Assembly: GCA_963707025.1 (NCBI GenBank)
Contig: CAVPOM010000004.1
Coordinates: 736,001 to 800,000 of the forward strand
Direction: 5' to 3'
Length of the DNA: 64,000 nt
Origin: an uncultured Verrucomicrobiae bacterium
GTDB lineage: Bacteria > Verrucomicrobiota > Verrucomicrobiia > Limisphaerales > Palsa-1400
Shown: in pieces, positions 1 to 12,236 of the stretch
Layout of the letters: every line of letters begins with the position of its first letter
How positions within the stretch are numbered: position 1 is the stretch's first letter
Notes under the pieces: model-generated
Databases searched by the model: none
What the model saw: the letters and a program-made list of their open reading frames with translations, nothing else
Told to the model about the DNA's origin: nothing
Program-made: the position numbers and the translations under genes

Positions 1-447
1 GGCGCGCAAAGCCTGGCCGCCGCCTTGCCGGGGATGATGCCGCCCGGCGGATGGGGCGCGGGGCGGCGGCCGGCCCTGATTTTAGGTGCGATGCGGGACA
101 AGGATTACGCCGCGATCTGCCAAATCCTGGCCCCGCTCGCCGGGAAAATCCTGCTGGCGCCCATCGGCAGCCACCGCACGGCCGACCCGGTGTTGCTGGC
201 CGGTTATTGCCGCGCGGCCAATCCCGGGGCCCCCGCCGTGCCGTGCGAAAATCTGGCCGCCGCCCTGGCCCGGGCGGCCGGGGAAAAATTTATAGTTGTC
301 ACCGGCTCCATCCATTTCATTGGCGAGGCCATGGAATTGCTGGGGCTGGTCCCTGCCTCCACCGAGCGGGCCTTGAACGATTATTATCCGTCCGCGGGTC
401 CCTCTCCGCCATCGGCCCTGCGCCATCGGCCCTCCGCCATCCCGTGA
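1..447 (+). CDS. folC: Folylpolyglutamate synthase/dihydrofolate synthase, C-terminal part (truncated by window edge)
   Basis: Open from base 1; LILGAMRDKD and VVTGSIHFIGE resemble the FolC C-terminal ligase domain. Confidence 0.8.
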   Translation, partial: GAQSLAAALPGMMPPGGWGAGRRPALILGAMRDKDYAAICQILAPLAGKILLAPIGSHRTADPVLLAGYCRAANPGAPAVPCENLAAALARAAGEKFIVVTGSIHFIGEAMELLGLVPASTERALNDYYPSAGPSPPSALRHRPSAIP

Positions 448-1112
448 CCACCATCCCCTCCCTGCGCGCGGTTACCCTGGATGTCGGCGGCACGCTCATC
501 GCACCCTGGCCTTCCGTCGGCCACGTTTATGCGGCAGTGGCGGCGCGGCACGGGCTCCCGCTTTCGCCCGCAGCCCTCAACCGTCAGTTCGCCGCGGCGT
601 GGCGGGCCAAAAGGGATTTTTCCCACGGCCGGGCCGGCTGGTCTGATTTGGTGGACCAAACCTTTGCCGGGCTGGTGGAAACGCCGCCGAGCCGGAGTTT
701 TTTTCCGGAGCTTTACGAGGCGTTCAGTTCCGCCAAAGCGTGGCGGATTTACGAGGACGTTTTGCCCTGCCTGCAAGAGTTGCGCCGGCGGGGCCTCAAG
801 TTGGGGGCGATTTCCAATTGGGACGAGCGCCTGCGCCCCCTGTTGAAAGAATTGGAACTCGACACCTGGTTCGATGCCATCGTCATCTCCGCGGAGGCCG
901 GGCGGGCCAAACCCCACCCCGCCATTTTCCAGCGCGCCGCTGAGCAACTGCAAACCGATCCGGCCGCCATTCTGCACCTGGGCGACAGCCGGACGCAAGA
1001 TTTCGAAGGCGCGCGCGCCGCCGGTTTCCAGGCGCTGCTCCTCCGGCGCGGCCAACCGCGGCGCGGGGAGGACCAAATCAGTTCCCTGGCGGAGGCGCTT
1101 TCGCGCCTGTAG
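444..1112 (+). CDS. HAD-IA family hydrolase (REG-2-like)
   Basis: GTG at 444 overlaps the folC stop (GTGA); motifs DVGGTL, ISNWD, KPHPAIF, HLGD. Confidence 0.85.
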   Translation: MTTIPSLRAVTLDVGGTLIAPWPSVGHVYAAVAARHGLPLSPAALNRQFAAAWRAKRDFSHGRAGWSDLVDQTFAGLVETPPSRSFFPELYEAFSSAKAWRIYEDVLPCLQELRRRGLKLGAISNWDERLRPLLKELELDTWFDAIVISAEAGRAKPHPAIFQRAAEQLQTDPAAILHLGDSRTQDFEGARAAGFQALLLRRGQPRRGEDQISSLAEALSRL

Positions 1113-1182
1113 AACCGGCGATAAGGTTTCTTTATGTGCTCCCGACTTGGGCTAATACCTAGTCGGCGGCCGCGCAAGACGA

Positions 1183-1211
1183 TTGACCTTGCCTGGCCGT
1201 TTCATTAGATT
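1183..1211 (+). promoter_or_regulatory. Putative sigma70 promoter of sdhCAB
   Basis: TTGACC-17 bp-TAGATT ending about 35 bp upstream of the sdhC ATG. Confidence 0.45.
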
Positions 1212-1245
1212 CGCGGGGTTTCTGGCCTGACGTTGCCAGGCAATC

Positions 1246-1947
1246 ATGTTTAATCTATTGCGCAACCTGTTCTGCTCCTCGCTCGGAAGGAAGTATGTCA
1301 TGGCCGTGACCGGCGGTGTGATGTTTCTTTTCGTCATCGGGCATCTGGTGGGCAATTTGCAAATTTTCATGGGTCCCGATCAGATCAATGCCTACGGCCA
1401 TTTCCTGCAGTCCAACCTCGAAATTATCTGGCCGGCCCGCCTCGTGCTGCTGGGTTGCGTGGCGCTCCATATTTGGGCCGCCGCCAGCCTGACGCGGGAG
1501 AACCTGGCCGCCCGGCCTGTCCAGTACGCCAACTGGGAGCCCACCGCCGCCAGTTATGCCTCGCGCACCATGATGTGGAGCGGGGTGATCGTGGCGGTGT
1601 TTATCATTTATCATTTGCTCCACTACACCGTCATGGTGCAGGCGGACAAAATTGGTCTGACGGGCCGGGATTTCCAATCCTTGCTGGACGATCAGAAGCG
1701 GCACGATATTTACAAAATGATGATCCTGGGTTTCAGCAATCTGTGGGTGTCGCTTTTTTATATGGTTGGGGTCGGCCTGCTTTGCCTGCACCTCAGCCAC
1801 GGCGCGAGCGCGATGTGGCAATCCCTGGGCTGGAAAAAAAATTCCTACTCCCCGGTGCTGGACGGAGTGGCGCGGTGGGGATCGCTCGCGATTTTCCTGG
1901 GTTATATCTCCATTCCGCTGGCCGTGTTGTTGAAAGCGATCCAATAA
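1246..1947 (+). CDS. sdhC: Succinate dehydrogenase/fumarate reductase cytochrome b subunit
   Basis: Five hydrophobic helices, SLGRKYVMAVTG, heme-ligand His (GHLVGNL, HLSHG); first gene of sdh operon. Confidence 0.9.
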   Translation: MFNLLRNLFCSSLGRKYVMAVTGGVMFLFVIGHLVGNLQIFMGPDQINAYGHFLQSNLEIIWPARLVLLGCVALHIWAAASLTRENLAARPVQYANWEPTAASYASRTMMWSGVIVAVFIIYHLLHYTVMVQADKIGLTGRDFQSLLDDQKRHDIYKMMILGFSNLWVSLFYMVGVGLLCLHLSHGASAMWQSLGWKKNSYSPVLDGVARWGSLAIFLGYISIPLAVLLKAIQ

Positions 1948-1959
1948 AAATTGCCGCCC

Positions 1960-3869
<1,910 letters not shown>

Positions 3870-3873
<4 letters not shown>

Positions 3874-4643
3874 ACCTGACCCTGAAAGTTTGGCGGCAAA
3901 AGGACGCCCAAAGCCCGGGCCGGTTCGTCACTTACCAAGCCGGCAACGTCCTGAGCGACATGTCCTTTTTGGAAATGCTCGATGTGGTCAACGAGGAATT
4001 GATGGCCCGGGGCGAGGAACCGATTGCCTTCGATTCCGATTGCCGCGAAGGCATTTGCGGGACCTGTTCCATGGTCATCAATGGCAAGGCCCACGGCGGC
4101 CAGCCCGGCACCACGGTGTGCCAGTTGCACATGCGCCATTTCCAGGATGGCCAGACCATCCTGATCGAGCCGTGGCGCGCCCGCCCCTTTCCAGTGCTCA
4201 AGGATTTGATCGCGGACCGGAGCGCCTTTGACCGCATCATCCAGGCCGGCGGATTCGTTTCCGTCAACACCGGCGGCGCGCCCGACGGCAACGCCCTGCC
4301 CATTGCCAAAACCGCCGCCGAGCAGGCGATGGACGCGGCGGCCTGCATTGGTTGCGGGGCGTGCGTGGCGGCCTGCAAAAACGCCTCGGCCATGCTGTTC
4401 GTGGCCGCCAAAGTTTCCCATCTGGCCACCTTGCCCCAGGGCCAGGCCGAGCGCGAACAGCGCGTCCTCAACATGGTCAGGACCATGGACGAGGCCGGCT
4501 TCGGCAATTGCACCGTGACCGGTTCCTGCGAAGCCGTCTGTCCCAAGGAAATCAGTCTGGACTTCATCGCGCAAATGAACCGCGAATACGGCAAAGCCGT
4601 CCTCAAGAATTCCCTCGGCGGAAAGACCAGGGGCGGCCATTGA
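3870..4643 (+). CDS. sdhB: Succinate dehydrogenase/fumarate reductase Fe-S subunit
   Basis: [32 protein letters not shown] cluster motifs; ATGA overlap with sdhA. Confidence 0.95.
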
Positions 4644-4668
4644 CCGAATGGCGGAAATTTCAACGGCT

Positions 4669-6948
4669 TCAATCACTTTGCGCTTTTGATCTCGTCTTGT
4701 GCCCGACCCAGTACAACAAACCGCACAGCAGCGCGAATGGAATCAGCGCCAGCCAATCCGACTGCGCCCCGGCATAGAACGGATTGAGCTTCTCGGCCCA
4801 CTCTGAGATGGTCTTGTTCTGCCGGGTCAACACCCCTTGCACCAGCGCGATGATGATTCCGGCAATCGCCCCGCCGGCGATGTAGCCGCTGGCCAGCAGC
4901 ACGCCGGGGCTTTTGTCGCTCTCGGCGTTGAGTTGCGCCTCCGTCAGGCCCGCGTCCCGCAAGTGGTGGCGCTGGCGGCGGTCCACCAGCCAGCGCACCA
5001 GCCCGCCCGCCAGCAGCGGCGTGGAAGCGGAAATGGGAAGGTAAACGCCCACCGCAAACGCCAGCGACGGGATACCCGACAACTCCAGCACCACTGAAAT
5101 CATGATGCCGAACAGAACCAGGCCCCAGGGCAGCTTCCCGCCCAGCAGGCCTTGAATGATGTCGGACATCAGCACCGCTTTCGGCACCGAATATTTTGTC
5201 ACCGGGCTTCCATCGGGCCGTTGCTTTTCCTGGCCGTTGATGCCCGGGTCAACCCGGTAGGCCACCGCGCCGGTGTCATCCACCAGGTATTTGACCGAAT
5301 TGCCGCCATTCTCATCCGTCTTTTGCCAGACATGGTAAGCGGCGTGATCCGCCGCCGCCTGCGGCCCCTGGAGTTTCTCCGGCCCACCCAGTTTCACTCC
5401 GGCGGGGACATGCAACACCGGCGCGTCCTTCGCCGGCGGAACGTAAACCGTCTGGGAGGCATTCAGACTCAAAAGAATGGGGGCCAGGGCCAGGGCGGAC
5501 GCCCCGGCCCCAATCAAGATCGCGATTTGTTGCAGCCGCGGCGTCGCTCCCAGCAGGAATCCCGATTTCAACGCTTGCGAGGTGCCCCCGCCATTGGAGG
5601 CCGCCACGCAGACGATTCCTCCCACCGACAGCGCGGTCACAAAATAGCGCGGTCCCTTCCAGCCCACCAGCAGGAAAATCAGGCAGGTCAGGATGAGCGT
5701 GGCCACCGTCATCCCGGAAATGGGGTTGGAGGACGACCCGATTTCCCCGGTGATGCGGGAGGAAACCGTCACGAAGAGAAAGCCAAAAACGACAATGAGA
5801 ACAGCGCCCATCAGATTCATGCGCAGCGACGGCATGGCCCAGATGATCGCCACCAAGGCCAGGCAGCCCAGCACCACAAACTTCATCGAAAGATCCTGCT
5901 CCGTGCGCAACGCCTTGGCCCGCGCCTGTCTGGCCGACGCCCCGAAATCGGAGAATCCGGCGCGAATAGCCCGCCAGATCAGCGGCAACGACCGGCCCAG
6001 GCTGATGATCCCCCCCGCCGTCACCGCCCCCGCACCGATGTAAAGAATGTAAGCGCCATGCACGCCGGCCGGGTCCATGTCCTTGATCAGTTTGGTGCCC
6101 GGCGCAATCGGAACTGTCGCGTCTTCGCCGAAATATTTGATCAGTGGGATCAGCACCAGATAAGACAACACCCCCCCGGCGGCCATAATGGCGGAAACGC
6201 GGGTGCCAATGACATAACCAACCCCCAACAGTTCCGGCGATATTTCCGCCGAAATCGAGCCGCCGTTGAAAGGCGCGGCAAAGATTTTTTCCGGCGTGTC
6301 CTTCCACGCCTTGAAAGCCGACATGGCCGCCTTGTAAAGCAACCCGACGCCGAAGCCGGTAAAAATGGCCGCGCCGCCCGCGGCCGCCTTGGCCTTCCCG
6401 CCGGCTGCCCCAACGCCCGCCTGATGGCTCTCGCCCGCCTTGAGCACCTCGGCGCAGGCCGTCCCTTCCGGGTATTTCAACTCTTTGTGCTGTTGCACGA
6501 TCAACGCCCGGCGCAGCGGAATCATCATCAAAATCCCCAGCCAGGCCCCCAAGAGGGCCACCAGCATGACCCGCGTCATCTCCAGATCGTAGCCCAGAAT
6601 GAGGATGGCCGGCATGGTGGCGCCCACGCCAAAGGCGATGGATTCGCCCGCGCAACCGGCCGTTTGCGCAATATTATTTTCCAAAACGGTCGCATCCCGG
6701 CCCCCGAAGAGCTTGGCCCAGAGGCGGAACAGCGTCAGCGAAATCACCGCCACCGGAATGGAGGCGCTGACCGTGATCCCGACCTTGAGCATCAGGTAAA
6801 GCGACGAGGCCCCGAAAACGACGCCGAGCAGGGTTCCCAGAATAATGGCGCGCGGCGTGCTTTCCGCCATGCGCGCTTCGGCGGGGACATGGGGCTGGAA
6901 GCCCGCGCCGCCTTTGCCCCCGCCGGCCGGTTCATTATCAGATGGCAT
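4669..6948 (-). CDS. OPT/YSL family oligopeptide transporter
   Basis: LENNIAQTAG, LKYPEGTACAEVL, GSSSNPISGM, FAVGVYLP; many TM helices; start at MPSDNEP. Confidence 0.9.
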   Translation of the reverse strand: MPSDNEPAGGGKGGAGFQPHVPAEARMAESTPRAIILGTLLGVVFGASSLYLMLKVGITVSASIPVAVISLTLFRLWAKLFGGRDATVLENNIAQTAGCAGESIAFGVGATMPAILILGYDLEMTRVMLVALLGAWLGILMMIPLRRALIVQQHKELKYPEGTACAEVLKAGESHQAGVGAAGGKAKAAAGGAAIFTGFGVGLLYKAAMSAFKAWKDTPEKIFAAPFNGGSISAEISPELLGVGYVIGTRVSAIMAAGGVLSYLVLIPLIKYFGEDATVPIAPGTKLIKDMDPAGVHGAYILYIGAGAVTAGGIISLGRSLPLIWRAIRAGFSDFGASARQARAKALRTEQDLSMKFVVLGCLALVAIIWAMPSLRMNLMGAVLIVVFGFLFVTVSSRITGEIGSSSNPISGMTVATLILTCLIFLLVGWKGPRYFVTALSVGGIVCVAASNGGGTSQALKSGFLLGATPRLQQIAILIGAGASALALAPILLSLNASQTVYVPPAKDAPVLHVPAGVKLGGPEKLQGPQAAADHAAYHVWQKTDENGGNSVKYLVDDTGAVAYRVDPGINGQEKQRPDGSPVTKYSVPKAVLMSDIIQGLLGGKLPWGLVLFGIMISVVLELSGIPSLAFAVGVYLPISASTPLLAGGLVRWLVDRRQRHHLRDAGLTEAQLNAESDKSPGVLLASGYIAGGAIAGIIIALVQGVLTRQNKTISEWAEKLNPFYAGAQSDWLALIPFALLCGLLYWVGHKTRSKAQSD

Positions 6949-7096
6949 GGCCCCTGTTTTAAACGAAGCCCGCCAAATAAGGAGCAAAATCTTCGCCTCA
7001 ACCCCAAAAAGTTGTAGCGGCGGTCTATGATCGCCGCATTTTTCCACGTTCCACGGCACGGAGAAACTCTGTCGAGCCGTGACCCGATTCCAACGG

Positions 7097-8680
7097 TCAT
7101 CGATCCTGCTCGCGGTCGAACAGCATCATTTCCGTGAAGGCCCTTTTTGGATACCCGGATCTCGACCACGTATGATTTCGCGTGTTGTAATTCCATCCGC
7201 GTCGCATCAGTTGTTTGGCAAATTCTTCCCGATCCAGATTCAGGCAGCTCAAGGCGCGGCGATGCCACAATTCAATGACCAGCCGGTTGAACAGAGCCTC
7301 GCTGGTAAAACTGCTTGCGTCATTGTTAAGGCAGGCGTCGAAAACCTCCGGGAGAATGCCCGCTGAATCCACCTCCGGAGCGGTATTTGCCGGCATCGCC
7401 GCCTTGGGAACTTTGGCTGGCTTGTAAAAGGTTAAAATCATTTCGCCCGCCAGCACGCGCGCGGAATTTTTCTTTTTGTGCATGGACCAAATCACGTCGC
7501 CGGTTTGCGTGATGGCCGCTTTGAGTTCTCCGCCGCATTCATTGGCCGTTTCCAGAATGGTGGCAAAGTAGCTCGTATCCCAGTGTTGAAAGACAATTGA
7601 AAACCAACGGTCCGGTTTCAAAAGGCGGAAAGAAGTTGTGATGCTGCGCGCCAGGCTTTGTTTGTAATGGTCTTCCGAGTGGCCGCGCTCGCCGCCCACA
7701 ATGGTTTCCTGTTCGCGTGTTTCCTCGTCGATCGCAAAGCCAAGCCAGTGGTTCCACAAAATGGAAAGGTCCAGATAACTGATGAACGCTCCGTAGGGCG
7801 GATCGGTAAAGATGTAATCCATGCTGCCGGGCTTGATCACTTTATCCAGCGTCGCCGCGTCGTGCGCCAGCACCCGGAAATTCCTTTGGCTGTCCAGTTC
7901 GAGCGAGCCGCCGGATGGCTGCTCCCGATAATCCCGCAGTCGCAACACTTCCTCTTTTGCCGCCAGCACGTTCAGGAAGCGGCCTTGAAAGGTTTCCCAA
8001 ATCGGAAGCTCCACGGTGTGCGCCGCCAGTTTGTAGCGATAGATGCTGAAAATGCTCGAACCGCCCCGGCTTTCCGCCCGGCCTTTGGCGGAAAGAAACG
8101 TTTTGTTCAGTTTGGCCACGGAGGCTGACCAGGCCAAAAGCAGCAAATCGCGGACTATTCCTGCTTCGCGCTCAATGCCTTGTTTCATCAAGGCGACTCC
8201 GGCCAACTGGCGCGGCGTGAACATGTCATAAAAATAATCCGCGTCCGAATTGCGCGGCAACCGGATGTTTTCCGGCAGGGGCAGTTTTTTCAGCCACTGC
8301 CTGGCCACCGCCTCGTCTTTTTCGATGGCGTGAATTTCCTGCGCGCAACTCCGCTCCACGCGCTCAAAAGCCTGGCGCAGCGGCGCGGTGGAAACCAGGG
8401 TGGTATCGGCGATGTTCCGGGCGATGAAGTTCGCAAACGGATTCAGGTCGTTTTGGATCGCGCACCGGCCCAGTAAAAATGCCTCAATCGCCGTCACGCC
8501 CGTGCCGCCGAACGGGTCGAGCACCACGTCGCCTTCTTCCGAATACCGTTCCAAGTAAGCGCGCACTACGTTGGCGGGTCGCCGGGTGAAATAAGGATGC
8601 ACCCCGTAATGACGCGCATCTTCCTGTCTGGCGGCAGGAATGGCTTCGAGAATCGGTTCGATACAGGCGCGAGAATTCAT
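7097..8680 (-). CDS. Amino (N6-A/N4-C) DNA methyltransferase
   Basis: HPYFTRRP, motif I VLDPFGGTG, motif IV IFTDPPY. Confidence 0.85.
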   Translation of the reverse strand: MNSRACIEPILEAIPAARQEDARHYGVHPYFTRRPANVVRAYLERYSEEGDVVLDPFGGTGVTAIEAFLLGRCAIQNDLNPFANFIARNIADTTLVSTAPLRQAFERVERSCAQEIHAIEKDEAVARQWLKKLPLPENIRLPRNSDADYFYDMFTPRQLAGVALMKQGIEREAGIVRDLLLLAWSASVAKLNKTFLSAKGRAESRGGSSIFSIYRYKLAAHTVELPIWETFQGRFLNVLAAKEEVLRLRDYREQPSGGSLELDSQRNFRVLAHDAATLDKVIKPGSMDYIFTDPPYGAFISYLDLSILWNHWLGFAIDEETREQETIVGGERGHSEDHYKQSLARSITTSFRLLKPDRWFSIVFQHWDTSYFATILETANECGGELKAAITQTGDVIWSMHKKKNSARVLAGEMILTFYKPAKVPKAAMPANTAPEVDSAGILPEVFDACLNNDASSFTSEALFNRLVIELWHRRALSCLNLDREEFAKQLMRRGWNYNTRNHTWSRSGYPKRAFTEMMLFDREQDR

Positions 8681-9837
8681 GCAGACAGAAACCTTGCGAG
8701 AGATCGCACCTCAACAAAGTCAACATGTTCATGCGGATGGCGGGTGTCATATTCCAGGCAGAGAACCACGGCCCGCGGCAGCGTTGGGTAATTCTTGATC
8801 TGATATTTGAAGCCGCTCGCTCGTTTCTTAATTTCGACAGGGCATGAATATTCAGGATAATCGCCAAAGCAAAATGAACTTGTTGGACAATCATAGCCTT
8901 TCAACAAATAAGAGCCAAGTCTCAGACCTAAATGGTCAAAGGCGCCCGCCAGCCGCAACAAATCTGCTTCACTCACCAGCTTTGGTTTGGGCTGGCTATG
9001 GTCTTGAAGAAAGCGTCTGAACTGCGACGCGGCCCATGCCAAGGCATCAGGATTGGCGAGCCAGGCCCGCTTAATCTGTTCCTTCCACAGTTCGCTTTCG
9101 AAACGCGCATTAAAAGAAAGCGGCGCCTCCGTTGACGGCAGGATTTTGGGGGAGCCTTTCCGCCAATGCGCTTCCATCGGGGCAAGAACAAACCTGCTTT
9201 TCGAATCGAACGTGATTTTAATTTCTATGCGCTCAAAATCACGGTCGGCATCCAAAGCGAACCAATGACGGATCGCCTCGCCAATAGAATCTTTGGACTC
9301 TCCTTTCTGAATCCGAAAATGTTGTGCGTTGGCCTTGACAATTCTTCCCCCCACAATTTTGTGATCGGGATCAACTGCATTAAAAGGCGTTTCCACAGGA
9401 CCATATGGAGTTTGAAGAATAACCTGGCATTTCTTGTGCCGCCGGATGTGCTCCAGAATATGCGCCGGGGCGTGTTGCAGCCAATACTGCGGCCCGCCCG
9501 AGTTTTCGAGCTTTGCTTGTTGAAGGTGCATAATCTGTTCTGCAACCCGGCAGGCAGCAAAAACACCGGGCGGGCGCGGTTCCAGTTCAACATCTTGCGC
9601 CAGATTTGCAACTACATTCGGCTGCGCCCTAATGGGATCGTGGCGGTGCCGCCGCGGTGCGCCGGTTTGGGGCCGCCGGCCCGACCCTTCAACCAAGTGG
9701 GACAAGAGGCTGAATTGCGCCTCCCCCTCATCGCTCTTGTAAAACTCCTCCGGGTATCTTGCCCCTTTGCGCGGCCATGACGCGCCCTCCGTGGCCCGCG
9801 CCCTGCTTTTCAAAAATCCAAGAATATCCCTCGACAA
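8677..9837 (-). CDS. Putative PD-(D/E)xK restriction endonuclease
   Basis: C-terminal GYD...PVEIK motif; stop overlaps the MTase start (ATGA); lower GC than flanks. Confidence 0.55.
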   Translation of the reverse strand: MSRDILGFLKSRARATEGASWPRKGARYPEEFYKSDEGEAQFSLLSHLVEGSGRRPQTGAPRRHRHDPIRAQPNVVANLAQDVELEPRPPGVFAACRVAEQIMHLQQAKLENSGGPQYWLQHAPAHILEHIRRHKKCQVILQTPYGPVETPFNAVDPDHKIVGGRIVKANAQHFRIQKGESKDSIGEAIRHWFALDADRDFERIEIKITFDSKSRFVLAPMEAHWRKGSPKILPSTEAPLSFNARFESELWKEQIKRAWLANPDALAWAASQFRRFLQDHSQPKPKLVSEADLLRLAGAFDHLGLRLGSYLLKGYDCPTSSFCFGDYPEYSCPVEIKKRASGFKYQIKNYPTLPRAVVLCLEYDTRHPHEHVDFVEVRSLARFLSA

Positions 9838-9985
9838 ATGGCGCTTAAATGTTAATCTTTCTTAAGTGATGAGGGCAAGGCAGAAGAACAAGGCGGGCGG
9901 GCTTGGGTCGGGCCAAAGCGCAAGCTTCCGGCAGTCCCCGGACAAGTTGGGCTGCGCCCTTGTCTATAACGATAAAGAGACCGAC

Positions 9986-10013
9986 GGTCAAACCCGGTCA
10001 AACCGAGTCAAAC
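9986..10013 (+). repeat. 10-bp-period tract (GGTCAAACCC)x3 at the intron 5' exon junction
   Basis: ggtcaaaccc ggtcaaaccg agtcaaac. Confidence 0.75.
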
Positions 10014-10014
10014 G

Positions 10015-11971
10015 TTGCGCCAGTGAAGTTGGTTGGAACGCGGGTGAAAGTCCCGCCCGTCGAATTAGGCTGTTCACGACGGAACACGACCTCAACAGCG
10101 CCGCCGCGAGGCGGGGTTGGAAGCTGAGGGAGATGAACAGACGGGCCGTAATGAAAATGAACCACATCCAATGAGCCTCGATAAGTTTAGAACCGGAGAC
10201 AAGCCGAGCCGCTGTTTGACCGGCGAAGGCCGCAGGGAGGAGGCAGGGCAACAGTCAGAGCCTTCTCAACGCTCCGGCGGGGTCGGCGTGGACGGCACGT
10301 CTGGAAGTTCAACCAAGGTAAGCTGGGAGAACTCCGGCGGCGGGCGGCCAGCCCAACCGCCCGCGCAAGCTGGCAAGACCAGTCAGGCGAGCGGCCCTGC
10401 CGGAGAAGTCGGAGTTCCTCATAGTAGCGTGGACTTGTTTGCGCTCCAGGCGGATTTCCGCCGGGAGTTGCGCGAGCGAACGCAAAGGGGGAACACTTGC
10501 TCAATGCGTGGAGGCGAAGCGAAGGATGCGGGGATGGCCGGGGCGACCCGGATAGCAACCCCGGAGAAAGTTCGGCAGCTTCAAATCGCGCTCTATCGGA
10601 AAGCCAAAGCAGAGCCGAAGTATCGGTTCTGGAGCCTGTATGGGGAATTGCTGCGCAAGGACGTGCTCGAAACCGCCTTGGCAGCGCAACAGCGCAACGG
10701 CGGGGCCGCGGGAGTGGACGGACAGAGTATGGAGTCCATCACCGCCGACCCGGCCCTGCGCCAGCAATGGCTCGACCGCCTGCAAGCAGAACTCAAAGCC
10801 AAGACGTATCGGGCCAGCCCGGTGCGGCGGGTGATGATTCCCAAGAGCAGCGGAGGGGAACGGCCGTTGGGCATCCCGACGGTCAAGGACCGGGTGGTGC
10901 AAACGGCGGTGTATCTGGTGCTGATGCCGATCTTGGAGGCGGACTTTCATCCGCGCTCCTACGGCTTTCGGCCCAAACGCCGGGCACACCAAGCCATTGC
11001 GGAAATCCAACAAGCAGTGCAGCAAGGCTACGTGGAAATCATCAACGCGGACCTGACGAAATATTTCGACACGATTCCGCACCGGGAACTGATGAAGGCC
11101 GTGGCCCGGCGGGTCAGCGACGGCAGCGTGCTGCGGCTCCTCAAGAGCTGGCTGCGCGCCCCGGTCGCGGAGGAAGACCAGGACGGCACCAAGCGAGTGA
11201 TCCCCAACCGGCGCGGCACGCCGCAAGGCGGGGTCATCTCGCCGCTGCTGGCCAACCTCTACCTCAACCCGCTGGATCACGGGGTGAACGAGAAAACCTC
11301 CGGCCAAGCCCGCATGGTGCGCTACGCCGATGACTTTGTCATCGCGTGCGCGGCGGGGTGCGGCGGAGGGCTGATAGCGCGGCTCAAGAAATGGCTTCGA
11401 GCCAAAGGGCTGACCCTCAACGAAGTCAAAACCCGAATTGTGAACATTCGCAAGGAAGGGATCAACTTCCTGGGCTTCAACCTGACCTGGCGCAAGTCCT
11501 TTGGAGGGCGCGGCTACCTGCACGTTCAACCCAGCCAGAAAAGCCGGGGGCCCTGCGCGAGAAACTGGGCGGCATCCTCAACCACTGGACGCAGGGGCGT
11601 CCGATACAGGAGGTGGTCAAAGAGGTCAACCAAGTCTTGCGCGGATGGGCGGGCTACTTCCACTACGGCAACAGCGTCTCGGTGATGAACCGGATGAAAC
11701 ACTACAGCCAAAACCGCTTTCGGCGCTGGCTGTGGCGCAAACACGGTTGCCGCCGCAGCCTGTGGGAACACTACGTTCCCGAGCAGTTGCACCAGCGTTA
11801 TGGACTCTATGAACTGCCGACCACGGCGAAGTGGAAGGCGGCCCGATGAATGAGTTCGGAGAGCCGAATATGGGAAATCCGTCCGTTCGGTTCGATGAGG
11901 GGCGAAGTGGCAGCGCGAGACTGACAACTGCGGTCAGTTCAATCCGCCTCCTTCCACTTCGCCTACTCTAC
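10015..11971 (+). mobile_element. Group II intron with RT/maturase ORF
   Basis: 5' (G)TTGCGCC...GGGTGAAAGTCCC; domain V GAGCCGAATATGGGAAATCCGTCCGTTCGGTTC near 11860; 3' end CCTACTCTAC at 11971; 5' boundary uncertain by 1 nt. Confidence 0.9.
10534..11849 (+). CDS. ltrA: Group II intron reverse transcriptase/maturase without endonuclease domain; frameshift near 11545
   Basis: GAAGVDG, RPLGIPTVKDR, GTPQGGVISPLLAN, RYADD; X domain (LRGWAGYF) continues in another frame to 11849. Confidence 0.88.
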
Positions 11972-12050
11972 CACAAAAAGCAGGCTTGACCGAAAAACTG
12001 ACCCAAAAACCCCACGCGGCCCAGTGCGTCCCAATTGTCTCGAGTTTTTT

Positions 12051-12108
12051 TTCAGGTAATTTCACCTAATTTCACCTAGTTTCACTTGTTTTCAATTAAT
12101 TTCAGTTC
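12051..12108 (-). repeat. 10-bp-period TGAAA repeat array, copy 1
   Basis: ttcaggtaat ttcacctaat ttcacctagt ttcacttgtt ttcaattaat ttcagttc. Confidence 0.8.
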
Positions 12109-12236
12109 CAGAGGGCAGGGGGGGGCCGGCGCCGCAAACCGGCTCGCGCCCCCTCATGCGGCCTTTTTGGCGCGTAGCGACGCCGCGACAAATCCACCCT
12201 CCTTCGCCGGGGCCGCGGAGGGCAAACCATCCGAAT

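Noticed and set aside
10534..11849. RT as a retron, DGR or defence RT
   Set aside because: Flanking domains V and VI and a maturase X domain identify a group II intron.
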